Source: Geobacter sulfurreducens PCA (lineage in GTDB: Bacteria; Desulfobacterota; Desulfuromonadia; Geobacterales; Geobacteraceae). Taken from it: 32,000 nucleotides of DNA. Positions 1-6,915 of this stretch are shown in pieces. Location of the stretch: contig NC_002939.5 in the NCBI RefSeq assembly GCF_000007985.2, positions 1,710,001 through 1,742,000 on the forward strand, read 5' to 3'. The stretch's first letter is position 1, and every line of letters starts with the position of its first letter. Made by a program: the position numbers and the translations under genes. The notes below the pieces were generated by a model. The model searched no databases. It was not told the DNA's origin and saw only the letters and a program-made list of their open reading frames with translations.

Positions 1-115
1 TCATCAGGGGTGTCTGAATGTTCCGGCGGTAGGACAGGATGTCGTAAATCAGACCCAGCGACAGCAATAAGGCGGCATTGTTGACAAGCCCCAGGATGAT
101 GCGTTCATTCACCAT
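1..115 (-). CDS. Partial CDS (N-terminus only, continues past window start): hypothetical membrane or sensor protein
   Basis: Minus-strand ATG at 115 opens a frame that runs off the window: MVNERIILGLVNNAALLLSLGLIYDILSYRRNIQTPLM. The N-terminus is hydrophobic and TM-like. Only 38 codons are visible and the RBS is weak. Confidence 0.4.
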   Translation of the reverse strand, partial: MVNERIILGLVNNAALLLSLGLIYDILSYRRNIQTPLM

Positions 116-300
116 TGCACCCGTGAATTGACCTCGCGATGCACTGCGGACACCCATACTACCACAGGTAAATCGCGGGCATACATAATTTTGTTAACGA
201 GATGCGAATGCGTATACGAAAACCATGCCATGCATGGAATGTCTGGTTGGTAACGATTTAAGGATGTGGATACGCTGAAGGTAACAGTGACGACAGTGGC

Positions 301-344
301 TGCCAGAAACACGAAGGGGGAGGCTTTCGCGCCTCCCCCTTCGT
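301..344 (-). terminator. Rho-independent terminator downstream of the 352-1281 lipoprotein gene
   Basis: A 14-bp perfect stem pairs ACGAAGGGGGAGGC (311-324) with GCCTCCCCCTTCGT (331-344), with a 6-nt loop. On the minus strand it is followed by GTTTCTGG. It lies 8 nt after the stop codon at 352-354. Confidence 0.6.
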
Positions 345-351
345 GTAGTGC

Positions 352-1281
352 TCAGGGAAGGGGAATCAGGGGGATGGTACCCAGGTCGGTTGCCTGTCCG
401 GTCACCACGGAAACGGCTGAAGAGGAGTAGACCTGGAAGCCGTTGGTAGTGATGAATGCCTTGTACGTCACCGGCAGAGTGTTCGGCGGAACGAACGCCG
501 CAAAGGGGGCCTGCCACGCGCCGCCAGTGTAGTTACTGAAGATCAAGCCAGCGGCAATGGGATCGTTGTCGTTGGTTGATCCGCGGCGTTTTACCGACAC
601 CGTTGCGCTTGACCAGGGCATGAATGTCGACATGACGTTTCCGGAAATGGATCCGAACTGGGTAAGGGGATCGGACAGGTGCACGACGCGAATCCCCGTC
701 GGCTTCAGGTTGTAGTCGCCATTGCCCCTCGCAACGATGGCGGTATTGGGGTCGAAGTCTATCATGACCGCATTGATGACCCCGGCCCTGACTTCTACCG
801 GGCCAAGAACCTTAACCCCGGATTGCTGGCCGCTGGGAGTCGTCAGGGGGATCTGCGTGACGGGATCAGCCTTCAGGGTCAGGTAGTTTGCCGGTGCCGG
901 GTCGAGAACAAGCCGGATCTGGCTGTAGGCTCCCGCAGGGAGAACCGCCTCGCCCAGCGCTTCCTGCACGAACTGCAATTGCATCACGTCGATGACCCTG
1001 GATGGGGTGAATCGGGCGATCACCGGCAGGCCGGGGTCGTTGTCGGGCGCATTCTCCCTGCCCGCCGGCACGACACGTATTTCCCTGATGCTGATGATGA
1101 CCTTGTCGAACGAATCGCTCTGTTTGTCGGTAATGGAAAGTTTCAGGGTTCCCGTTGACGCCGCAGTGCTTGCCGATCCGCCATCCCCTCCGCCGCCGCA
1201 TCCGTGCATCAGCATCAGTGCCGCAAGCGCGGCGGCAAGAATCCCCAGTACTCCCATAGCTGACTTTTTCGCGCGTACCAT
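352..1281 (-). CDS. Lipoprotein-like secreted protein, DUF4382-like (family assignment tentative)
   Basis: Start chosen at the internal ATG 1281 (MVRAKKSAMGVLGILAAALAALMLMHGCGGGGDGG). AAAGGAG sits 6 nt upstream. Signal peptide ends in Cys followed by a Gly-rich linker. The segment TLKLSITDKQSDSFDKVIISIREIRVVP resembles DUF4382 beta-rich proteins. Confidence 0.75.
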   Translation of the reverse strand: MVRAKKSAMGVLGILAAALAALMLMHGCGGGGDGGSASTAASTGTLKLSITDKQSDSFDKVIISIREIRVVPAGRENAPDNDPGLPVIARFTPSRVIDVMQLQFVQEALGEAVLPAGAYSQIRLVLDPAPANYLTLKADPVTQIPLTTPSGQQSGVKVLGPVEVRAGVINAVMIDFDPNTAIVARGNGDYNLKPTGIRVVHLSDPLTQFGSISGNVMSTFMPWSSATVSVKRRGSTNDNDPIAAGLIFSNYTGGAWQAPFAAFVPPNTLPVTYKAFITTNGFQVYSSSAVSVVTGQATDLGTIPLIPLP

Positions 1282-1319
1282 TGTCCACTCCTTTCCCCGT
1301 TTCGTCTGGACATCCACGC

Positions 1320-1365
1320 AAAAAAAAACGGGATGCCGAATTTGTGGTGATAGTTCGGCATCCCG
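1320..1365 (-). terminator. Intrinsic terminator forming the expression platform of the GEMM-I candidate
   Basis: On the minus strand, CGGGAUGCCGAA (1365-1354) pairs with UUCGGCAUCCCG (1340-1329): a 12-bp perfect stem with a 13-nt loop, followed by U9 (1328-1320). It lies about 40 nt upstream of the lipoprotein start, and no upstream same-strand gene exists for it to terminate. Confidence 0.65.
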
Positions 1366-1435
1366 GCTGTCTCGGTGAGACCCTGTGGGCTTTCCGCCCC
1401 ATCCTCGCGGATGGTTTAGTAGTATCGTGTATCAC
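1347..1435 (-). ncRNA. Candidate GEMM-I riboswitch aptamer (c-di-GMP-I / 3'3'-cGAMP class)
   Basis: The minus-strand RNA reads GUGAUACACGAUACUACUAAACCAUCCGCGAGGAUGGGGCGGAAAGCCCACAGGGUCUCACCGAGACAGCCGGGAUGCCGAACUAUCAC. GUGAUA and UAUCAC form a closing stem. AAACC is followed by a 6-bp hairpin capped by the GNRA loop GCGA. GGCGGAAAGCC compares with consensus GACGCAAAGCC. A second hairpin is GUCUC-ACC-GAGAC. AGCCGGGAUGCCGAA compares with Vibrio Vc2 AGCGGGGUUACCGA. Aligned by eye only. Confidence 0.6.
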
Positions 1436-1451
1436 GCTCAGTTGTGAAGAA

Positions 1452-1479
1452 AGTCTAACCAGTGATATCTCGATGTCAA
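1452..1479 (-). promoter_or_regulatory. Putative sigma70-type promoter for the riboswitch-lipoprotein transcript
   Basis: Minus strand reads TTGACA (1479-1474), a 16-nt spacer, then TAGACT (1457-1452). It sits about 15 nt upstream of the aptamer 5' stem. Confidence 0.4.
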
Positions 1480-1576
1480 ACTGCGGCTTCACTGGACGGT
1501 GGCAGCCGGAGGGGATGGCATTTGCAGGGAATGACGATAGACTTGATTGGAATGGCTAACTTCAAGGAGGAATGGC

Positions 1577-2401
1577 ATGGACACCATGGGACAGTATCAG
1601 CAGCTGGTTGTCACGTATGCAACGGTAATCGGGACAAAGATCATCGCCGCCATTTTGTTCTGGGTTGTCGGCCGCTGGCTGATCCACCTGGTGCAGCGGA
1701 TGCTTCATCAGGTTCTGGAGAAGCAGAAAGTCGATCCCAGTCTGATGCGGTATCTGGGCAACTTCCTCGGAGTGGCTCTGAACATCGTGCTGGTGGTGGC
1801 GATACTCGGCTACTTCGGGGTGCAGACCACCACCTTCGCCGCATTGGTGGCCGGCGTCGGCATTGCCATTGGCGCTGCCTGGGGTGGGCTCCTTTCCAAC
1901 CTGGCGGCCGGGGCGTTCCTTCTGGTGTTGCGCCCCTTCAAGGTGGGGGATTTCGTCACCGCCGGAGGCATCACCGGCACCGTAAACGAGATAGGCCTCT
2001 TCGTGACCGCCATCAATACCCCTGACAATGTCATGACCATGGTGGGCAACGCCAAAATCTTCAACGATACGATCCAGAACTTTACCATCAATGACTATCG
2101 CCGAGTGGAACTGAAGTGCCAGCTGGCCGGAAGCGCCGATCACGTGGCAGCGATGGCGCTGCTGCGCGAGAAGCTCGCGACGGTGCCGAATGTGCTGACA
2201 ACGCCTGCGGTCGATGTGGAGATCCTCGACTTCACCCTGGTGGGTCCGGTGCTCGCCGTGCGCCCTTACTGTCACAACGACCATTACTGGCAAGTCTATT
2301 TCGACGGCAACCGGACGATACGCGAAGCCCTCGCCGCGGCGGGATTCCCTGCTCCCATGCCGGCCCAGGTGGTGCTGGTCCAGAGTCCGCAGGGGGGATG
2401 A
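1577..2401 (+). CDS. Small-conductance mechanosensitive channel (MscS family)
   Basis: ATG 1577 is preceded by AAGGAGG (1564-1570). Three N-terminal TM segments are followed by the MscS beta-domain signature LRPFKVGDFVTAGGITGTVNEIGLFVTAINTPDNVMTMVGNAKI. Confidence 0.9.
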   Translation: MDTMGQYQQLVVTYATVIGTKIIAAILFWVVGRWLIHLVQRMLHQVLEKQKVDPSLMRYLGNFLGVALNIVLVVAILGYFGVQTTTFAALVAGVGIAIGAAWGGLLSNLAAGAFLLVLRPFKVGDFVTAGGITGTVNEIGLFVTAINTPDNVMTMVGNAKIFNDTIQNFTINDYRRVELKCQLAGSADHVAAMALLREKLATVPNVLTTPAVDVEILDFTLVGPVLAVRPYCHNDHYWQVYFDGNRTIREALAAAGFPAPMPAQVVLVQSPQGG

Positions 2402-2465
2402 CCGGTCATGGTGCCTGGATAGACCGTTCATTGCCTCGGTGCGATTACTGCCCGACCAGGCTGCC

Positions 2466-2493
2466 TTGCGATCCGGCAATCCATCGCTATACT
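2466..2493 (+). promoter_or_regulatory. Putative sigma70-type promoter of the selenopeptide/rSAM cluster
   Basis: TTGCGA (2466-2471), a 16-nt spacer, then TATACT (2488-2493), about 60 nt upstream of ATG 2552. The leader contains a small hairpin ATCGGT-GCA-ACCGAT (2513-2527). Confidence 0.5.
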
Positions 2494-2551
2494 CACTGAA
2501 GTGGTTGTGCTGGATCGGTGCAACCGATGTCTCTGGGCGAGGAGGTAGCGT

Positions 2552-2908
2552 ATGGGTAAGGACAGGATGAAGCAGCTTCTGGCGGGACTCGGCATTGCGT
2601 CGCTGGTTGCCGGTGCCGGAGCCATGGGGCCCGGGCCGGCGCTTGGTACGAGCGGCTGAGGCAAGTCTTCCGGCGCCGGGAGCGCCAAGGAGAAGGCGAA
2701 GAGTGGCTGAGGCGGATCGTCCGGCGCCGGTGGCGCCGCAAAGAAGGATGCCGCAGCAGCCGAAGAGGTAAAGAAGGACCCCGCAGCCCCAGATGTGAAG
2801 AAGGATGCCGCATCCGATACGGCGGCCGACAAAGCTAAGAAGAAGGCCAAGAAAAAGAAGGCCGACAAGCCTGCGGAAAAGAAGACGGAAACACCTGCCA
2901 AGCAGTGA
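2552..2908 (+). CDS. Putative selenocysteine-containing precursor peptide (118 codons, in-frame TGA at 2657-2659 and 2708-2710 read as Sec)
   Basis: GGAGG (2541-2545) lies 6 nt before ATG 2552. Translation: MGKDRMKQLLAGLGIASLVAGAGAMGPGPALGTSG-U-GKSSGAGSAKEKAKSG-U-GGSSGAGGAAKKDAAAAEEVKKDPAAPDVKKDAASDTAADKAKKKAKKKKADKPAEKKTETPAKQ. The frame stays open for 16 and then 65 codons after the two TGAs, with host-like codon bias (16 of 18 tail Lys codons are AAG). A SECIS-like hairpin follows each TGA. A radical SAM/SPASM gene lies immediately downstream. The ORF track misses it because of the TGAs. Confidence 0.6.
2668..2692 (+). promoter_or_regulatory. SECIS-like hairpin 1 (candidate Sec recoding signal)
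   Basis: The upper stem pairs GGCGC (2672-2676) with GCGCC (2682-2686) around the loop CGGGA. The lower stem pairs UUCC (2668-2671) with GGAG (2689-2692), leaving an AA bulge. The GGCGC arm starts 12 nt after UGA 2657-2659. Confidence 0.45.
2722..2738 (+). promoter_or_regulatory. SECIS-like hairpin 2 (candidate Sec recoding signal)
   Basis: CGGCGC(C) (2722-2728) pairs with (G)GCGCCG (2732-2738) around an apical GGU (2729-2731). The GGCGC arm again starts 12 nt after UGA 2708-2710. Confidence 0.45.
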
Positions 2909-2926
2909 GAGTGGCAGGGATATCAC

Positions 2927-2971
2927 CGGAAACGGCGGTTCGCATCCCGAGGGGGTGATCCGCCGTTTCCG
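2927..2971 (+). promoter_or_regulatory. Strong intercistronic hairpin between precursor and maturase genes
   Basis: A 12-bp perfect stem pairs CGGAAACGGCGG (2927-2938) with CCGCCGTTTCCG (2960-2971), with a 21-nt loop. It begins 19 nt after the precursor stop. No U-tract follows. Confidence 0.5.
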
Positions 2972-2984
2972 CTCTCTGGTTCCC

Positions 2985-4400
2985 ATGACTCCCGACAAGA
3001 CTCTCCTTTCCAGTGACGATCGCAAGAATCTGCGCGCTGCACGGCGCCGGGTTGCCGCCATGGCCGATGCTGTGCCCTGCGATAGGGCACGGATACAGGT
3101 GAATCCCCGCCTTGAACTTGTTGCCGTATCCGTCCGTGATACGCCCTCGGAGGGAGTCCCGATGGGGAGCGGCTTCTGGGTGGTCTGGCGCGATCCCTCC
3201 GACGGTGCGGTGCGCTCGGAAGAGGCCGGACCGGCCGACCTGCTCGCCCTGAAGCTCGTCCTGGAGGAGAGGGATGCGGAGGATGCCGCCCGCGAGGCCG
3301 GGGTTCCGGTGGGGAGGATCGACGACTGCCTGTGGGGGGCTGCTGCCCGGGGGCTGATCATCATGCCCCCTTCACGCCTTCGTCGGCCGCCGTCCTGGCC
3401 GGTATCGGCAGAGAGCGAGGACTTGCTCGCGGCTCGGGTATTTACCCTCCAGTGGCACATCACTCAGGAGTGCGACCTCCACTGCCTCCATTGCTATGAC
3501 CGGACCAGCCAAGGTGTCTTTTCACTGCTCCGGGGGGTGGAACTGCTAGACGATCTCCGCAGGTTCTGCGCTGAGCGGTTCGTGCGGGGCCAGGTCTCCT
3601 TTACCGGCGGGAATCCCTTCCTGCACGCGGAGTTCGCGGCATTGTACGGTGCCGCCCTGGATCGTGGCCTGTCCGCCGCAATACTGGGAAACCCGGTGTC
3701 GCGCGAACAGCTCTTGGGCATCGTTGCCCTGGGGCGGCCGGTCTATTACCAGGTGAGTCTCGAAGGGCTGGAGGCCCACAACGATCACATCCGGGGGGCG
3801 GGCCATTTCAGGAGAACCCTTGCCTTTCTCGACCTGCTCCGGGAGGAGGGGATTCCCTGCGAGGTCATGCTGACCCTCACCCGGGACAATATGGACCAGG
3901 TCCTTGCCTTGGGGGAGATCCTGCGGGGCCGCGCCGACGCCTTCAGTTTCAACCGGCTGGCCCCCTTTGGCGAGGGGGCATCCCTGGCGTTGCCAGAACC
4001 CGCGGCATACGAGGCGTTCTTTGATCGGTATGTGGCGGCCATGGAGGAAAACCCGGTCCTTGCCCTGAAGGACAATCTGCTCAATCTGGCGCTCTCCCTC
4101 CGGGGGCGCGTGCTGTTCGACGGTTGCGCCGGTTTCGGCTGCGGCGCCGCGTTTAACTTCCTTTCCGTGCTTGCCGACGGACAGGTCCACGCCTGCCGCA
4201 AGTTTCCGTCACCCATCGGGTCGGTCCACGGGTCCTCCCTGTCCGAGCGCTACGATTCCCCCGCAGCCGAGCGATATCGGTCACGGAGCCTGGCCTGCGA
4301 GGGCTGTCGGCTCTACTCCCGGTGCGGCGGCTGCCCGGCAGTAACTGCCGGCCTCGGGCTGGACCCTCTCCGTGACCGTGATCCCTTCTGTTTCCGGTAA
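2985..4400 (+). CDS. Radical SAM/SPASM domain peptide maturase with N-terminal extension
   Basis: CxxxCxxC cluster motif in WHITQECDLHCLHCYD. C-terminal SPASM-type cysteines occur in CAGFGCGAAFNFLSVLADGQVHACRKF and CEGCRLYSRCGGCPAV. About 150 aa precede the core, including a winged-helix/RRE-like stretch ADLLALKLVLEERDAEDAAREAGVPVGRIDDCLWGAAARGLII. The start is set at the first ATG after the precursor stop. RBS is poor, so the start is uncertain (GTG 2955 is an alternative). Confidence 0.85.
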   Translation: MTPDKTLLSSDDRKNLRAARRRVAAMADAVPCDRARIQVNPRLELVAVSVRDTPSEGVPMGSGFWVVWRDPSDGAVRSEEAGPADLLALKLVLEERDAEDAAREAGVPVGRIDDCLWGAAARGLIIMPPSRLRRPPSWPVSAESEDLLAARVFTLQWHITQECDLHCLHCYDRTSQGVFSLLRGVELLDDLRRFCAERFVRGQVSFTGGNPFLHAEFAALYGAALDRGLSAAILGNPVSREQLLGIVALGRPVYYQVSLEGLEAHNDHIRGAGHFRRTLAFLDLLREEGIPCEVMLTLTRDNMDQVLALGEILRGRADAFSFNRLAPFGEGASLALPEPAAYEAFFDRYVAAMEENPVLALKDNLLNLALSLRGRVLFDGCAGFGCGAAFNFLSVLADGQVHACRKFPSPIGSVHGSSLSERYDSPAAERYRSRSLACEGCRLYSRCGGCPAVTAGLGLDPLRDRDPFCFR

Positions 4401-4569
4401 TCATCCCGCCACGCCTCCACTTGACATCCTTCAGCGAAGAATATACCGTTTTGCGGTGTTTCTCTTTCGTCACAAACCACGCACGTGCCACCGTCACAGC
4501 TGCGGCAGGGCTGCACAGCCGGCGGACGTCCCGTGCAATCGGGTAATATTGTCTGCAAGGATAGATGTG

Positions 4570-6558
4570 ATGTCAAACCTGCTGTATGGCCTGACCCTGT
4601 TCATCGTCGTTGCCCTGACCCTGGCATCCCCGGCCGGGGCCCAGGATGCCATCGCCACTCATCCAATCCAGCCCGCCGGCTATTCTTCCATAAAGGTTTT
4701 CGACCGTAACGGCCGGTTTGCGGGCCGGATTCTTCCCGAAAAGCGCTACTGGGTTCCCATCGACCGCATCCCTGCCTTCCTGCAGAAGGCGGTTGTGGCG
4801 GTGGAGGATGCCCGCTTCTACGAGCATAGCGGCATCGATGTGCGGGGTATCGCCCGTGCCCTGGTGAAGGACGTGGTCAAGGGGCGGCTGGCCGAGGGTG
4901 GCTCGACCATTACCCAGCAGCTGATCAAGAACAAGTATCTCTCCGGCGAGAAGAGCATCGAGCGCAAACTGGAAGAAGCCCGGCTGGCAATGGACTACGA
5001 GAAGAAATACAGCAAGAAGCAGATCCTTGAGATGTATTTCAATGAAATTTACTACGGCCGGGGAGCCTGGGGGATCGCCCAGGCGGCCCGCGTCTACTTC
5101 GACAAGAACCCTGAGGAACTGACCGAGGCCGAATGCGCCCTGCTGGCGGGCGTGCCCAAAAATCCGGGCCGCTACAATCCGTTGGGCAAGGCGGCTGACG
5201 TGGGGCGGCGCAGGGACGTGGTCCTCAAGCGGATGACGGACCTCAATATGATTTCCGCCCGGCAGAAGCAGAAGCTGCGCAGCCAGCGGGTGGCCGTTAC
5301 CCCGCCGGACCAGGCATCGTGGTATCTGGCCCATATCCGGAACCTGCTGGTGGAGCGGTACGGCCCCCAGGTCATCGAGGCGGGGGGACTGGAAGTGACA
5401 GCGGCCATGGATCTGAACCTGCAGAAACTAGCCGAAAAGACCCTGCGGGAAGGGGTGAAGCGGGTTTCGCCCGACCTTCAGGGAGCGCTGATGTCCCTGG
5501 ATCCCGCCACTGGCGATGTACTGGCGGCCGTGGGGGGCGTGGACTTCGCCAAGAGCTCCTATGACCGGGCATTCCTGGCGCGGCGCCAGCCCGGCTCGGC
5601 AATAAAGCCCCTGATCTATGCGGCTGCCCTGGAAAAGGGGATCACTGCCGCGAGCGTCTGGGATGATTCCCCGGTTGCCTACGTCCGCGGCGCCAACCAA
5701 ACCTGGAAGCCCAGGAACTACGGCGGCGAGCAGTACGGGGAACTTTCCCTGAGGAAGGCCCTGGCCTACTCGAACAACGTCATCACAGTCAAGGTGCTGG
5801 AGACGATCGGCGTTCCCTACTTCGTGGAGATTGCCAGGAATCTGGGACTGTCGCTCCGATCGCCCAACGACCTCTCGCTGGCCCTGGGCACCGACGAGGT
5901 GACCCTGCGTGATCTCGTTTCGGCGTACACCCCCCTGGCCAACGGAGGACTCCGGGCCGAAGCCAGGACCGTGCTCCGGATCTACGACAAGCGCCGTCGC
6001 GCCTGGACCGACAATCCGCCGGCCGTCACTCAGGCCATCTCGCCCGCCGCGGCCTATGTCACGACCCAGATGCTCAAGGACGTGATGGTGTACGGCACGG
6101 CCAAGTCGCTCAGGAAGTTCAGCCAGGCCCGGCCGGCCGCCGGCAAGACCGGCACCACCGACGATTACCGGGACGCTTGGTTCATCGGCTATACTCCGGG
6201 TGTCGTTACCGGCATCTGGGTCGGCCACGACAAGCCCAGGCCGGGAGGGAAAGGGTTCACGGGGGGTACCGTGGCCGCGCCCATCTGGGAGCGGTTCATG
6301 GGACCGGCCCTGTCCGGTCGGCCGGCCGCCGACTTCGCCCGGCCGGAAACGGTCGTTGCCGTGACCGTGGACCCTGCCACGGGATACCGGGCAGCGCCGG
6401 AGTGCCCGGAACAGCGGGAAGAATTATTTATTGCCGGCACTGAGCCGGTCGCATACTGCCCTGCCCACGGCGGGGAGCTCCTGATGCCCGAATCGCCCGA
6501 TCTGCCGGTGCCGGAAGGGGAAACCCGGGAGCCTGCGGCCACCGACAATCCGATGTGA
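4570..6558 (+). CDS. mrcA: Class A penicillin-binding protein (PBP1A-type transglycosylase/transpeptidase)
   Basis: AAGGA lies 8 nt before ATG 4570. The N-terminus is MSNLLYGLTLFIVVALTLASPAGA. GT51 motifs are EDARFYEHSGID and GGSTITQQL. Transpeptidase motifs are SAIKP (SxxK), SNN (SxN) and KTGTT (KTG). Confidence 0.9.
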   Translation: MSNLLYGLTLFIVVALTLASPAGAQDAIATHPIQPAGYSSIKVFDRNGRFAGRILPEKRYWVPIDRIPAFLQKAVVAVEDARFYEHSGIDVRGIARALVKDVVKGRLAEGGSTITQQLIKNKYLSGEKSIERKLEEARLAMDYEKKYSKKQILEMYFNEIYYGRGAWGIAQAARVYFDKNPEELTEAECALLAGVPKNPGRYNPLGKAADVGRRRDVVLKRMTDLNMISARQKQKLRSQRVAVTPPDQASWYLAHIRNLLVERYGPQVIEAGGLEVTAAMDLNLQKLAEKTLREGVKRVSPDLQGALMSLDPATGDVLAAVGGVDFAKSSYDRAFLARRQPGSAIKPLIYAAALEKGITAASVWDDSPVAYVRGANQTWKPRNYGGEQYGELSLRKALAYSNNVITVKVLETIGVPYFVEIARNLGLSLRSPNDLSLALGTDEVTLRDLVSAYTPLANGGLRAEARTVLRIYDKRRRAWTDNPPAVTQAISPAAAYVTTQMLKDVMVYGTAKSLRKFSQARPAAGKTGTTDDYRDAWFIGYTPGVVTGIWVGHDKPRPGGKGFTGGTVAAPIWERFMGPALSGRPAADFARPETVVAVTVDPATGYRAAPECPEQREELFIAGTEPVAYCPAHGGELLMPESPDLPVPEGETREPAATDNPM

Positions 6559-6571
6559 CAAGGAGGCGTGC

Positions 6572-6871
6572 ATGAACGTGATGGTTGATCTGTGCATCGT
6601 GCCGATCGGCGTGGGAGTTTCCCTTTCGCCTTACGTGGCGGCCTGTCAGAAGGTGCTTGACGAGGCGGGGCTCAAGACCTCGCTCCATTCCTACGGTACG
6701 AACATCGAGGGGGAGTGGGATGCCGTGTTCGCCGCCGTCAGGCGCTGCCACGAGGTGGTGCACGGGATGGGCGCGCCCCGCATCACCACCACCATCAAGC
6801 TGGGAACCCGCACGGACCGGGTCCAGACCATGGAGGACAAGGTGCGGAGCGTTCAGGAGAAGATGGGGTAG
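6572..6871 (+). CDS. MTH1187/YkoF-like (UPF0045, thiamine-binding type) small protein
   Basis: AGGAGG lies 5 nt upstream of the start. The 99-aa sequence MNVMVDLCIVPIGVGVSLSPYVAACQKVLDEAGLK...GTNIEGEWD is typical of this family. Confidence 0.8.
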   Translation: MNVMVDLCIVPIGVGVSLSPYVAACQKVLDEAGLKTSLHSYGTNIEGEWDAVFAAVRRCHEVVHGMGAPRITTTIKLGTRTDRVQTMEDKVRSVQEKMG

Positions 6872-6915
6872 CCACGAAAGAGGTTCATGTCTGACAGCGA
6901 GAGGAGCTCGAAACC

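Noticed and set aside
109-517. The track ORFs 109-312 and 194-517 on the minus strand, and a CCATGCATGG palindrome at 227-236.
   Set aside because: The ORFs overlap a terminator and the 3' end of the lipoprotein gene and have no RBS or motifs. The 10-bp palindrome is a single short occurrence with no supporting context.
2805-2984. The N-terminal 60 codons of the track ORF 2805-4400 (MPHPIRRPTKLRRRPRKRRPTSLRKRRRK...).
   Set aside because: This is the +1 frame reading of the Lys/Ala-rich tail of the putative selenopeptide gene (AAG repeats read as Arg/Lys). It has no RBS and is not plausible as part of the radical SAM enzyme. The start was moved to ATG 2985.
1562-3463. A 633-aa minus-strand ORF. 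Similar long antisense ORFs occur at 6853-9054, 19877-20983, 23282-24706, 28676-29797 and 30231-31883.
   Set aside because: Each lies antisense to a confidently recognised plus-strand gene or spans several of them. Their translations are low-complexity and Arg/Gly/Pro-rich with no motifs. Such shadow ORFs are expected in high-GC DNA with strong third-position GC bias.
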